Part shown: positions 50,805 through 63,800 of the stretch, piece by piece
Numbering within the stretch: the first letter of the stretch is position 1
Layout of the letters: the number at the start of each line of letters is the position of its first letter
Source of the DNA: Vicugna vicugna
Taxonomy: Eukaryota
Length of the DNA stretch: 64,000 bases
Reading direction: 5' to 3'
Assembly (NCBI GenBank): GCA_013265495.1
Contig: MU058009.1
Coordinates: 1 to 64,000 of the forward strand
Translations under genes and position numbers: made by a program
The notes under the pieces: generated by a model
Seen by the model: the letters and a program-made list of their open reading frames with translations, nothing else
Told to the model about the DNA's origin: nothing
Database searches by the model: none

Positions 50805-53256
50805 GCAGGGAGCCATCAGGGGCTTATCTGGGCAAGGTGACATCTACTACTGCTCCAGCAGAGCAGGGACACGGGCGCGGCGGATGTTGAGGGCACGCAG
50901 TTAAACACGAGGCCCGCTTTCCGGCACCGGGGACAGATGCACGTGCTGGTGGAGAGGGGCTGGCATCTGCTCCTTAGTCAAGGTGGGGCTGCGGGCTCCT
51001 GGGACTGGCTTTCTCATGATGCTCTACTCAGAGGAGGCAGGAGGTGGGGTCTGCAAAATGGAAGCGGGAGGAGAGCTGAGGCGGTGGAGGGGTGTGGCTC
51101 TTCTGCTCCCCTGGACCGAGAGCCAGGAGGCTGGGTTCAGAGCTGAGCTCCGGTCCTTTGTTCCTTACGTGTTTATTAGACATGTACTACAGGTGAGGCA
51201 CCGCCCTGGATGCTGGTCCGTGCTCTCCTCCCGGGGTCGACATTCACCCCAGAACACCGTCCCAGACCCAAGGCATCCAGAGCCTGTTCCTGAGCCTTTT
51301 TCTTTGTAAAGGGGAGCAGGGGTGAGGATCCGTGATCTGCTGGGTAAACATCACGTGGGACCATGTTGCTTCCTCTCACACTTTGACTCACTGGCTGACT
51401 GGTCCTGACAGTGTCCTGAGCGTGGGGTGCAGAGATGACTAAAATGAAGCTCCCGGCCTCCAGGCCAGTGGGCACGCAGACCGGCGAACTTAGGAGTTAA
51501 AGGAGACAACACAGGGGAGGCTGCCCTGCAGACAGGGCTGCCCCAGGCTGATGTCCAGAGTGGGCTTTTGGAATCTCAACAGCATTTGGCACAGTGGCCC
51601 ACCCAGCGCGCCTCCAGCAGGAAGGCCTGAGTGAAGTGGGGTGTCGAGGGTGCTGAGGGGCCAGTTGGAGGGAGAGAGCTGGGAGTGGGGCCCTGAGGCG
51701 GGAGCCAGCTTCCCCCGCCAGGTGGGGATTCCGGCCAGAGAACACCCGGCTGGCTTTGAAGGGGAGCCCTGCTTGTCCTTGTCATCCGTGTATAAGAAAA
51801 ATAAAGAGTTGGGAGGTCTGAAGAGGACCTCCTCCTGAACTATCATGAAAATAAACGAGGCCGATCAGAGGAGTGGAGGGGACACTAACCTAGAGAGGTT
51901 CCTCTTGGCAGAGTGGAGGGACTCCATCCTGGGAGTGTCCTCTCGCCCCTGACAGATCAAGTTCTGTCAGCGAGGGTCTCATCCGGCTTCACACGGAGGG
52001 TGAAAGTTCAGGTAAGACTAACAGGTGGCCAATCCTGGACCAACAGGAGGACAGCCAGGATGGGTCTCTTAACTCCCTGGAGCTGTGCCCTGTGAAGGCA
52101 TCCCCGGCCTCTCCCGCCTTGACTCCCTGGCAGATCAGTGCCTGATCTGCCCCATCTCCCTCCTCACATGTTTGCTCATCCATCCACCAAATACCTACCA
52201 GCGTCTCCATGGACCAGCACTGCAAAGTGCTGATGGGAACAGGAAGGCAGTACGACCTGTGGATGGTACCCTCCAGAGGCGTGGCTCAGTGGGGCTGGTG
52301 AGCAGAGGACAGGACGGGACAGGACGGGAGTTAGGGGCTGATCTAGAGGGAGGCTCGGTTTGCTCCCTTGCAGGACTGGGAGGCAGAGATGATGCTTGTG
52401 TGTCAGGACCCACTCTGCTTTTCAAGGGGAAGAGAGTCAGTTCTCCCCCAGAGCCTGCAAGAGGAGTAACTAAGACCCAGGGAGCACCTGCAAGCCAGAA
52501 ACTGCTCTCAGAGAAGACGTCCGGCTCAGCCTCCTGCCCCCAAAGCCCCCAGCAGTGTCTAGGGTCACTGCCCACAAGAATTGTTTGCATTTACTCTGGG
52601 AAACGGCCAGTTGGATAAAAGGGGCCTTGGTGATGGACCTCGAGACTCTCCGCCTGAGGTAGACTAACTTTGTCACCACTGGGAACCGTTCCTTCACTGC
52701 ATCTCCATCTCACCTGAGTGGTGGGACTCTGGAAGAGCTGCAGGGAAGAACTGGCCGAGTCAGGAGGCCAGTCGCTTTGTTATGCTTCTTCTGAACTTGT
52801 GTCTAGGTAGTCTCTGTCCACGGGGATCCAAAAGCAGCTCCCTCCATCACAGCATCTTGGGCCCGGAGCAGGTGGCGGCAGCTGGACCAGCACCTTTCAC
52901 CTGCAAGCAAAGGAGCTCGGCTCTGAATCCAGTCCAGTCTCCTGGTTCTCAGTCCAGAATAAGAGCCACCCACCTCCTCAGCCTCAGCTCTCCTGCTGCT
53001 TTCGTTTTGCAGAACCCAGCCTCCTCCCTCCTCTGAGACAGCATCGTGAGAAAGCCAGACCCAGGAGCCTGAAGCCCCACCTTGACTAAGGAGCAACCCC
53101 AGCCCCTTTCTGGCAGTGTGTGCATCTGTTCCTGGTGCTGGAAAGAGGGTCTTCCGGGTTTTATTGCGTGCCCTCAGTGTGCCTGCCTGCGGCCCTTCTC
53201 TGCTGGAGCCGTGGTAGATGTCACCCTGCCTGGATAAATCCTGGATGGCTCCCTGC
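50805..53256. repeat. Long imperfect inverted repeat: arms 50805-51151 and 52912-53256
   Basis: Arms align as reverse complements over ~345 bp, including a perfect 23-mer (50968-50990 / 53073-53095). Confidence 0.93.
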
Positions 53257-56200
53257 CACCTTCCCAGCTTGGTTGGGGAGGGGAGGGAGTGGTGGGAGGC
53301 TGGACTCCTGTTGCTTGGCTCCTCTCAGTTTGCCCAAATGTTTCCTCACAGAGCAAAATTGCTGAGAGTTCTACATTTGTCAACATTCCTTCGTGAAACT
53401 GAGAAAAATAACATTTCAGGACAAGTTGGACAGTGAGCTCCACATTGCCTGTTTTTTGTTGCCTATATAGATCCTGGAATGGAGAAAAAAATTAAGAAAC
53501 AATTACATACCAAGTGATACTTGAAAATATTTCTCTTGTAATACTTCTATATCCTAAACATTTTAATGTATCTATTTTCTTTCTGAATAGGTTCATGTTG
53601 GTCTGCTGACTCTTCTCAGAAAGGACTAAATCTTTATTTCAAACATATGTATAGAATGCTAAAATGTCCTTTGTAAGAAGATGGTGATAATTAACAGTAC
53701 TTGTTTTTTAAATAGCTTTGCCTAGCAAAATTAATGTTGCCAACCCTACAGTTGTTCTATATTATTACTGAAATTATATTGGATTCTGAAGTTTATATAA
53801 ATTTGAAGCTACCAAGTTTTAACCACTGATAAAAAAATAAGCATGGGCTGTATTTGTTTAAAGTGTTTCAATTCAATCAGCAGGTTGTAAACATCTACCC
53901 TACTTTTTTTTTTTCGTTTTTTAAGCAACTCTATGGACATAGAACTCTCCTGGAGCTTACCATAGTGAGGAATGTAGGTACAAAGTAATTCCACGAGTGG
54001 AAAAGCACAGGGGGCTGTGGGAGCTTATGCCAAGAGAAGCCAGACTTCTGGGCTAAAACTTGACAGCCAAATGGCCAGCTGAAGCCAAAACCCAGCAGTC
54101 AGGGAGACCATGGCTCAGCATGGCTGGGACCTAGAACTTGGCTTCTAGCAGGGGGCACACACATTGAATAGCACCCTGGCCAGTTTTCTCTTCAGGACCA
54201 TGAGGAAGAAATGAAAGTCAAGGCTAAAGGGGGAAGTTCTTAACTTCTGTTCCACCTCCTTTGGAGAGCCAGCATGTTGTGATGATTCCGGCAGAGGAGC
54301 TGCATCATAACCAGATATGATCTTGGGCAAGTCCCATAACTGCTCCTAAACTAGGAGTGATAGCAGTGCCCACCCTGAGGGGTTTGGCGAGGATTAAATA
54401 AGTGAGTTTTGTGGACATACTAAGAGCTCATAAATGGTAACTGCTATCTTCCTACTGCAAGAAGGGCCTAAAGGTTGCGCCCAGCGATATTTGGGTTAGA
54501 TGTTTAAAAGGATCTCTAGATTAGAAGGCCGTGAAATCCTAGATTATGTAGTGGAGTCATGGCAACCAAGAGACTTTAACGCAAAAAACAAGCCACAAAC
54601 TATCTGTGGTTAATTGCTTATGGCCCCCAAAAGAGACAAGAATTGTGTGCAATGACTTCTCGGGATCTCTTCCAGCCTACAGGCTCCTGGAATGCATTTT
54701 AGGCCTGGCCTACCAGCCGGTTTCTAAGACTACAATAGTGATGTCCACTGCTATTGAGAACCCTGGGAACTGCTCAGTTCCAACGTCCAGCCATATAAAT
54801 CTGATAAAAATAGGAGCTGAAACACCATCCTGGAGTTGCTATTTTTAAAAGCGTTCTGAAATGCCGGATTGGGTCTGTTTCTTCCTCAAACAGCATCCTG
54901 CCGTTCCCTCCTCCTGGTGGGCAGGATGCTAACATGGCACGTGTGAGGGATGGGGGCCAGAAGCCTGTGAGGGACATGTGTCAAGTAGCTCGGCGCCTGC
55001 TACCCACACCCCTGCCTGCCAGGGAGGAGCCGCGGGCCCTGGGCCCCCCAGCTCCAGATGCAACTGCCCCTCCCACGCCCCTTGTCCTCTGCCTCCTCCC
55101 TCTGCTCCAAGCGAGGGCCCTCTGCTGCCCCAGCAGAGCGGTGTCCTCCACTTCCACCACAGCAGAGCCAGAGCCAGAGAGGTAAGGGAGGGGGGCAGAG
55201 GAGGTGGGAATGGAGGCAGCATGGCTGAGAAGGGGACCAGAACCCAGACCATGGACCCTCAGGTAGTCTTCCTGCAACCTTTGCACAGCTCACCTCCGAC
55301 AGGGCGGTCTCAGGAGCCAGAGTCCTGCTTGCCCCACCACATGGCCTCTTGCTGAGCAACTCAAAGTGCCTTGCAGATGGGCTGAAGAGGGGCTGGAGAG
55401 GCAGAAGGGGCTCCAGATGAAAAGTACCAGAATCCTCCTGACCCACGGATGACGGGTTCTAGGCGGCTAGGTCAGCATCTGGCTGTGCCATTGAGAAGCT
55501 GGAGGGGAAAGATCATGAGTCAGCACATTGTGGCCTGAGGGGAGAAGTCAGGATTACAGTTAGCTTCTGGCAACCAGTCACCAGGCCTGGGATAAACTGG
55601 AGGAGGGCGGGGATAGGAGATCTGAATGCAGCTTATAGGACAGAGGGGGGATTCCACCCGTGGAACAACAGCACACACTTACATAGCACCTTGTACTTCC
55701 AGAGCAAATTCAGGTCCACTGCCTGAGTTAATACTTACAACGGCCCTTTATTATTTTTTAAAATTTTTTAAAATTTTAAAATTTTATAAACTTTAAAAAA
55801 TTGAGTTATAGTCATTTTACAATGTTGTGTTACAGCCCTTTAAATTAGCACACTTATTTCATTTTCTTCTAGTAAGAAAATTAAAGTTATTTAGTGACTG
55901 AGGCAGAGTTGGAAATCAGGTCTCCAGGAGCAAAAGTGGACCCTTCTGTTCTGTTTTCCCACAAAGTGACTCTTACATGGTTCACAGCGAGAACTGCCAA
56001 CTGTGTGGAGATCTAGTTGACTGAAGTGCAGACGCTGGGCTGTTTCTCAGCTCAGCACTGCCAGACTCGCCCGGTCACTTTGGGTGGATGCTCACTCCCT
56101 TCAGGCCAGGTTTCCCACCTGTACGACAGGGAAGCGATTCCATCTTCCTCTAGCCTTACCCAGGGCAGGGACTTAAGTCATTGTGTTCTTTCTCCCTAGC

Positions 56201-57072
56201 TTAGTTCCAGACCTGGAGCTGATATACAATAAATATTTGTTGAGCGAATATTTGACAAAGGCACGATTCAAACATAATTAAGTTAGATATGGGTGAAATG
56301 CAGAAAAAGACCTCTGCCCACACAAGGTGTGATTTAGGAGGGAACAGTCACCTATGGAAGAACTTGAGGCTGTCTGTCTTCACCCTGCTTTCTCCACTTT
56401 GCTCATGCAGGGTAGAGCTTTCTGTGTTATCTGTTCTCAGCCGATAAACAGTCCGTCCAGTTTCAGGTGAAATGAATCTTGAACTGACACTTGTGACTCC
56501 TCTTCGGCAGTTACACCTTATACTTAGTCACATCCTGTCTTGCCTTATTGTTGAATGGGAGTCCGCCGTGAGCCTTCTCTCTGTTACTGGATGGTGAGCT
56601 TCCTTGGGTGGTGGTGGTGGTGGTGGGGTGTCTTACACTTTCCTCTTAGCCCTGGAGCCCCCAGCATCAGGCTGTTCACACTAAGGGCTCAGTAAACACT
56701 AACCTATGAAAGAGTCCTGGGTGCTGAGGACTGTTCTGTGGGTGACTTCTGGACTGTTACTGGCCTGAATAGTTCCCAGGTTTGATTGCGGTGCGTGGGC
56801 CCCAGGAACTAGGGTAGCGGCCTGATGGGGTTTCCCCCGGAGACAGGATGCCTGGCGCCTTCAGTAAGGAACAGAAACTGAGACACTTTCTCAAGGCCAA
56901 GAGAGGGTGTGCAAAGAGGGATGTAGAGGGAACAGTGTGGGGGCAGCAGATCCGGAGCAGGGCAGGGGAAGGGCCCAGGTCTCTGTCCAGGGCACCTGGC
57001 CACTGTGCATGGTGGGGTGGCCCTCCCTCTTCAGTGCCTCGCTTTCCTGCGTGAGGGAAGGATGCGGCTCAC

Positions 57073-57410
57073 CGTGTGGGAGAGCGGAGAGCCCTTTGTT
57101 GGGTCTCATTGTTCCCAGGAGGGTGTGCAGAGGCTGCGCTGGGCACATCCATTCTGGTGCCACTCACAGGCTGCGCCCGCCAGAGCTCTCCCCTCACCCC
57201 ACCGGCCTCCTCTCCCGCCCCTCCGCGCCTGCCCGGTCGGTCGACCCCTCCGCGCCCCTGGCTGCCGGGCCCCGCCGCCCGCCCTCTCCCCCGGCCTCCG
57301 CGGCTCCCGCACCATCCCGAGCCGCCCGGCAGCGGCCCCGCCCGCAAGCGGGATAGCCCCTGCCCTTCCTCCTCCTCCACCCCGCCCTTCCTCCTCCACC
57401 CGCCTGCTCC
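57073..57410 (-). ncRNA. Candidate first exon of a divergent GSEC/ST3GAL4-AS1-like lncRNA
   Basis: Minus strand carries a GGGGTGGAGGAGG...AAGGGCAGGGG G-rich motif and a donor ACG|gtgagc at 57073/57072; positional equivalence to human GSEC is inferred. Confidence 0.4.
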
Positions 57411-57800
57411 CCAGTCGGCTCCCTGGCCGTGTGCGCAAGCGTGTCCGGCCCCTTCCCCGCCCCGCGACCGGGCCCGGGCCCGGGCCCCCGCCTCCCAGCA
57501 GGCGGACTCGCCCGCTCCCAGGCCGGCCCCGCGCCCGGGACAGGGACCCGGCCGAGCGGAGCCGCCGCGCCAGCGCCGCGCCTCCAGCGCGAGCGCCTAG
57601 CGGATCGGAGCTGCGCGCGGAACTGCCCTGCCCCGCCCCGCTCCACCCGCGAGGGTGAGTACGCGGCGGCCCGGCCCGTGGGGCCCGCGGGGGAGGGCGG
57701 GGACGGGCACGTGGGCGCCGCGCGGGGCCGGCTCCCGGGGTGGCGGGGGGGGCGGCCACAGCCCCGTATCCCTTTCTCTGGACCGCTTTTCGCGGGAAGC
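57150..57800. promoter_or_regulatory. ST3GAL4: CpG island; probable bidirectional promoter of ST3GAL4 and an antisense RNA
   Basis: Dense CpG, many GC boxes; splice donors point outward on both strands. Gene name is from the known TIRAP-DCPS-ST3GAL4 order; no coding exon is recognisable in the window. Confidence 0.7.
57500..57654 (+). other. ST3GAL4: Probable non-coding exon 1 of ST3GAL4 (start approximate)
   Basis: Strong donor AGG|gtgagt at 57654/57655 inside the CpG island; no ATG upstream within the island core; synteny. Confidence 0.6.
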
Positions 57801-60800
57801 CGCTTCTCTTTGCTCCCTGGGAGTGCGCGAACAGGACGGTCCTCTTCTCTGGAAAGTTTCTAGCCGCTACCCCTGCGCCCAGGCTGGAGAGGCGTCCCCA
57901 CCTTCAGCCGCCTCTGAGCCATGGTTTCTCCCCACAACTGCCCTACCACGTCCAGGAGATCCATGGGCTGGCTCTGCTGGAGGTGACAGGCTTTGCTGGG
58001 TCCTTCTGTGTGCAGGAGTCCCAAGGTCGCCAAGAAGAGCCCAAAGGAGGGGGTTGCTAGCTGAAGGCTGGCCATGTGAGGACACCAGGTCCACGTCGTG
58101 GGGGTCTTTGGGCCTAGGCTACTGTGCCTCAGAGCTGCTTGGCTGGTGGGCAGTGGGGAGGGATGGGGTTGGGGTGAAGGTGGAGTACAGAGGGGCCAGA
58201 ATCCATGGGCGCAGCTGTCTGCTCCTGGTGCCCCTTGGGGGCCCCTGCCGGCAGGGACCTCCCAGGCATCCTAAAGCTTCCAGCACGTCTGCCCCCTCCA
58301 CTCCCAGTCTTGGGGGAGGCTCTGTCTGGGCCATCCGGGGCCTGATCTACTGCTGCTGCTCCCTCTGTCCCACAGACTGGATCCTGAGGGCCAGGGGAGG
58401 GGGCTCCTACCAGAAGGCTGGGGCTCTAGGCAGTGTCCGGGTGCCCAGCTGTGCCCGTCTGACCTCATGACCACCCACGGGCTGGCACCCCTACAGGCTT
58501 CTCAGGGAAGCCTGTGCTTTCCACCGCCAGGGGAGAGGCACAATGTGGAAGCCAAGTTCAGGCTGACTTATTCTTTGCGGAACCTTGGGAACGGGCCTGG
58601 TCTGGCTAGGGTGTCCCAAGAGGCACAAACCAATGCCGCGCTCTCCTGAACGGTGCTGCTGTGCCGCCCACCAGCTCCAGGCCTCGGCCCTGGCATCTGT
58701 GGGGAGATCGTAAACGAGCTGATAGGTGCTGAGCGCTGTGGAAGGTGTCTGCGCCAAGGCAGAGGTATGTGTGTGTCTGCTGTTAGCAGTGTTTCTCTCA
58801 CACTCTCATTCCAGAGCTGCCCCATAATTCTAGAGAGTGTGCCTGGGAGATGCCAGCTGTTTGGGGCCTAGAAATTAACTTCTGGGGTGTTTTCTTGTGC
58901 TGGGAGCTGTGAATACCTCCTACCTGAGCCGAGGTGGCCCAGGTCCCTCCGAGCTGTTCCCGGCCCTGCTTTTGTCTCCACTGGGAGTGCTCTGGTGCCT
59001 CGTCCTTGAGCACCAGTGTGCTAGGTGGGAGATCTGAGGCTGTTCCCTGGGTCCTGGATCTCCCTCTTGCAGCTGAGGGAGAGACAGGAGTGGGGACCAT
59101 CCCCCACCCAGAGTCCAGGTTGACAGGAGTTAGGAGCAGAGGGGTGTTGGAGAAAGGAGTTCAGAAAGTAGAGTGAGTCTCCTGCTTGGGACGCGAGCTG
59201 AGAGGCATCTGTGGTTGTGGTGTGAGCTGCTGCTCGTGGCCACAGGGCCCCTTGCCGGTGAGTGGAGGCCCAGCTAAGGAAGCCCTTGGTGCCTTCTGGG
59301 CTGTCTTCCCTTCCCTCCCCTCCCTTGCCCGCTTCCCTACCCAGAGCACTGCCTCAACCCCCACTCCTCAGAAACGGAGTTCTTTGGTCCTTCCGCCCTC
59401 CCAGACCTTTTAGAGTCCTAGGATCCAGTTTTCTGGGCAGAGCCGAGAATCTGCTTTCAGAATTGTAACAAATCCTGAAAGGACCCTCCCTTCTCCAGCT
59501 GGAGCAGAGTGGCCAGACCTTCCTTCCTGTGTCCCAGCTTAACCTGTGGTCATATGTGGCTAACCGCCACTGGCCTCGCCTCTGCCGTGCACCGGCTGCT
59601 CACCCAGGCCCGGTCTGGGCACATTCTGGGTGAATTCCTCCTCTCAGAGCAGCTTAAAGGTTTGCCCGCGCTGTCTGGGGGAAGGGGGACCCTCCACCTC
59701 AGAATCATACAGAATGGTTCCAGCCCCCGGGGACGCAGAGCCCCTGCCTCCTGAAGGGGACCCTTCAGATCAGTGTCCCAGAGGGTCCCACAGTGTGAGG
59801 CCCAGACCTACAGACTGTGGCCAAGGCGGCCACCAGAGCCCGCTCCTCGGGGGAGCTGGGGAGCAGGGCACCCAGAAAGCAAACAGACCTCCCTCCTGAT
59901 TCCTCAGCTGCCCCGTGGCTACGTGATTCCCTGCAGCCGATTCCCTGCAGCCGCTGGTTGGTTTCTTCTGCCCCTTGCCCTCAGGGTCCTTCTTGCTTCT
60001 CAAGACTCATGGCCTTGCCCTGAAATTTTTGGTTTTCTTGAGGAAATGACTAGGGCATGTGGGTTGCGCTGGCTGTGGTTATTAATTCCCCTCTCTCATT
60101 TGTCACCCCTTCCCAGAGGCCCTCAGCACTTTTGCATGAGTGTTTTGAGTACCCCTGGAAGGGCTGCTGGCCACCTCTGGCCTCAGGTTTGTTTCCTCCT
60201 GACCTCGACTGCATTCCCTGTGTCTGTGTGTGTGTGTGCACGCTGTGACGCACTTTATTCCACAGATGGAGGAAGTGGTCAAACGTAGCTACAAGTAGGA
60301 GCAGCTGTACATGATGCCTGGGCCCCAGGCAGGTGCCATGGGCCCCCGACTGGCGCCCATGAGCCTAGCAGGCGGTGGACTCTGCCAGGGGTGTGCTGGG
60401 TTGATTGCTCTTCAGAGTGAGGAAGGCCATTCAGAGCTGCAGGTTTTCTTTTAGTCTTGGCCCCTTGCCTGGGGACCAGGAGACCTACTGCTGGATCTCT
60501 GCCTCCCCACCCCTTGCGAAGGCACCCTACAGAGACAGGAGGAGACCGCTCTGGAGCCTGAGGCCCTGGCTGCTGCCGCAAGCCCCGCAGGGAGGAGGGC
60601 GCTGCTGCCCGGGCTGTGGGGTGTGCTTCTGGGCTTTGAGGGCGAGGAAGGCCTGGGAGTAGGATGGTCCCTTCTTCCTGCTGGCAGCTTCACTCCAAAA
60701 CCTGAGTGGGTCAGGGGCTCCAGGATCTTACCTTCCCCGGGGAGGTGGGGTGGGGAAGATGGTTGTGCGCAAGAGGACAGAGAGCGGTTTGCAGAGGGCT

Positions 60801-63800
60801 GGGCCAGCGCACCGGAGTGTCTGCTTCGGCTCCAGACCCTCCTGCAGGGTGTGGGTTCCACGGCCCGCAGTGGTGCTCCTAGGGCCTGTGGTCTGACCCG
60901 TGTCCCCTGCCCGGACAGCGGCCGTAGATACCTGTCTTTACAACAGAAGGGACTTGGCAAATAACAGAAGTAGTGAGCATTTAACTATCAAGCTCTTACT
61001 AAAAGCCTGACCCCATAACCTGAAGAAAAAAAAGTGCTGAGCTGTCCACTTATTTACATCACTTCAGGTGAGCTCACACAACCCTTTCTTTAAACCCATT
61101 TGTAAATGAAGACAAGATTAAGCCACTTGGCCAAGGTCACACAGCTCCTAAGGCACTGCGCTGGGACTCACACCTAGGCCTGTTTCCAAAACCTGCACTT
61201 TTCAGCCCCGTTCTCTGCTGCTCCCGAGCTCATCTTACCCTGCCCTGTGATCCGTGAAGAGGCTGAGACCCAGAGGTGTGAAGAGGTTTGCTCAAGGCCA
61301 CAGGGTGGTGGTGACAAAGGGGGAGCACGGCCCTCCTGATTCCCAGCCCGGAGCTCTCTGCAGTCCTGCACCCCACATCTGGCCCTGCCGGTCCTGGCGC
61401 CCCGTCCCCTGCGTCCTGTCCCGGCCTCTCGAGCTGGGCAGGGTCGGGTTTGCCTTCCTCCCTCCCGCTGGGGCCCCTCCCAGCCCCTGCCAGGCCCCCA
61501 CCTCTCCCGCTTTCCCGCCCGTAATTGCTTCCATCTGGCCTGCCCGCCGGCTCCTATTCCTTGGAAAGGCAGCTCCCCGGCTGCCGCCCACAAGGCTGCA
61601 AGGCCTCATCCGGCAACCACGACGACACGTGGGGAAGGGGAGGGGTCCTGCGGGGTCTGTGTGCCAGGGACCCTGGCAAGGTGGCTGCTCTCGGCCCCTG
61701 GCGTCCCCAGGTTCCTGCCAGGTCGCAGCAGCTTTGCTTCCAGGCTCTCCCGGACCCCCGTCCTAGCCTGGCTCAAGGCCAGAGAGGCTCCTCAAAGACC
61801 CTTTTCCGCTCTGTCCCACCCTCAGGCCGCCGCCACCACAGCCCTCTCAGCTCGGGTCAGGGGGTGGGAGGCCTGGTTGGAAGGACCACAGGAGAGACGT
61901 GGGGGCCAGCAGGGGCCAGCTTTGGGAACCCACTGCTCAAGGGTCATGGGAGGGGAGCAAAGCAGGGGACAGACGTGGCAGAGGCCGAGGGACCTAGGAA
62001 CCCTGGGCAGGTGAGCATGGAGCCTGCTTGTTTCCTTTGGTTCCAAGCAATTGACTGAGAACCAGCAGAGCTAGACATGAGGCATTATATTTTGTCATGA
62101 TATAAAATAAAACTTGTAGGTTTAACAGTGCATTCAGTGCTCTGTTGACTCCCTTGCCTCTGCTGGGCGGGGAGGGACCCAGAGGCGCGCCTCTGCCTGT
62201 GGAGGGGCGAGTGCCTGGTTGCTGAAGATGAACAAGCTTAGACCCATGACCTTGACAGGGACCACCAGAGGAGATGCAGGCATTGGAGGGGCATGTTTGT
62301 GGTGTGGGTGGGTTTGAAAACTTTCAGGGCCTTTTCCTTCCTGAGATTTTCGGGTTTGGTGTGAGCTCTGGGAACCTGTTGGTGGGCGCCGTGTTCTTCA
62401 TGCCTGGAACGATGTCTAGCAAAGAAGTGCTCAGTAAACATTTGTTTGATGAACAGAAGGAGGATGTAGATTGGGTTTTCTGACCTTGTCTTCTCTGTGG
62501 CCCTGCCTTGCTTCCCCTTTTTCCTGGGGTGAAGAGAGAGTTTCCCTTCTGATATCCGAGCTGTCTGTCCCAGGGCCCGGCCCCGCAGTCTGTTCAGACA
62601 CCACAGAGGCAGGCAGGAGCCCGGGGGGTTGGACAGGAGTCGGCCCCCCAGGAGGGCATTTCCCCCTTCCCCCCTCTCCAGGCCAGCTGGCCACACTCCT
62701 GCCCCCATCTGTTGCCCTCCTCAGCCCAGCCTTCGGGTCCTTGCACAGACTGGTCCTTACCTCCCCTCCTGTCCTGACGTCAGCTGTCCCCTTATTTGGG
62801 TCCAAGAAAGGCGCCCCCGAGGGGGGGTGTCATCTCAGGAGTGTGGGCTCAGGAGGGGGCGGTTCACGCCTATTCCTGCTGGGACCCAAACAGCTCCACT
62901 CTATTCCTGCTACATACTGGGTTTCCACATAAAATTTCATTTGAAAGTGGGACAGAGGGTGTCTTGGCCTAAAGACATTTTTATTTGAAAACCCCCATTG
63001 GGCTTTGGTAAGGCTGTCCTTACATTCCCCACAGCATGCTCTCAGCTCCCCGCCTCTGCTCCCCTGTCCCCCGAATGGCTTGGGTGCTGTCAGCAGTCCG
63101 CTGTCTGGATTGCATGTCCTTCAGCATCCAGCTCCAGCCTGTTCTGAGGCCTCCCCTACAGCCCTGCACACTTGTCACTTACCCTTGCACCCTCACCCCC
63201 CCAACAGGTCCTAATCTGTCACATCAGGGGACCCTGTTCCCCAGGAGCCCAGAGGGGCACAAGCCGAACCAGACGGGTGGGCGAGGGCAGGGCTCTGAGA
63301 CGGGTCATGTGCTTTGCCAGGCTGCAAGGCCCTGGGTCCCACGTGGAGCCTTGGTTTCCTCCTCTGAGTAAGTGACGCTTTTGAATGAGAGTGCATTTCA
63401 AGTAACATCCCAGCGCCTGGGGCCCAGCTCTGTATATGCGGGTGTGTTTTCTGTGACTCAGGGTGGGCCCAAGGCTGCCTTCCTTCTGGGCCAGGAAGTG
63501 GGGCAGGTAGACTGTCACCTGTGTGTGCTCCCAGCTGTGTGAATTGGGTATGTCTGGGGCTTTATTGGTCTTCCATCAGCACATCTGATAATCGGGCTGA
63601 TAGCACGTGGGTAGCTCATGGGGCCTGGTGCACAGCTGACAGGCATTGCGAAGTCCAGGCTGCTGTTAGACTGCAGGGCAGGACTGGGACCGTCTCAGCC
63701 CCGTCGTATCCCCAGCACCCGGCACCGCACTGGCACACAGCAGCCTCTCAATAACGCTTTCTTTTTGCAAGAAAGGAGCTGAGACTCAGAAAAGTAACTT

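Noticed and set aside
50937..53096. Two similar peptides on opposite strands (LLSQGGA.GSW.WLSHDA)
   Set aside because: By-product of the inverted repeat; the arms differ by frameshifting indels, so not a duplicated protein gene.
55750..55830. AT-only quasi-palindrome (aaaattttt repeats)
   Set aside because: Degenerate tail of a short L1 3' fragment.
56907..58470. Several 140-270-aa Pro/Arg/Gly-rich ORFs
   Set aside because: Expected from stop-poor CpG-island DNA; no resemblance to a sialyltransferase or other known protein.
62005..62016. Strong donor CAG|gtgagc as an alternative ST3GAL4 exon end
   Set aside because: No identifiable acceptor or promoter; isolated donor motifs are common.
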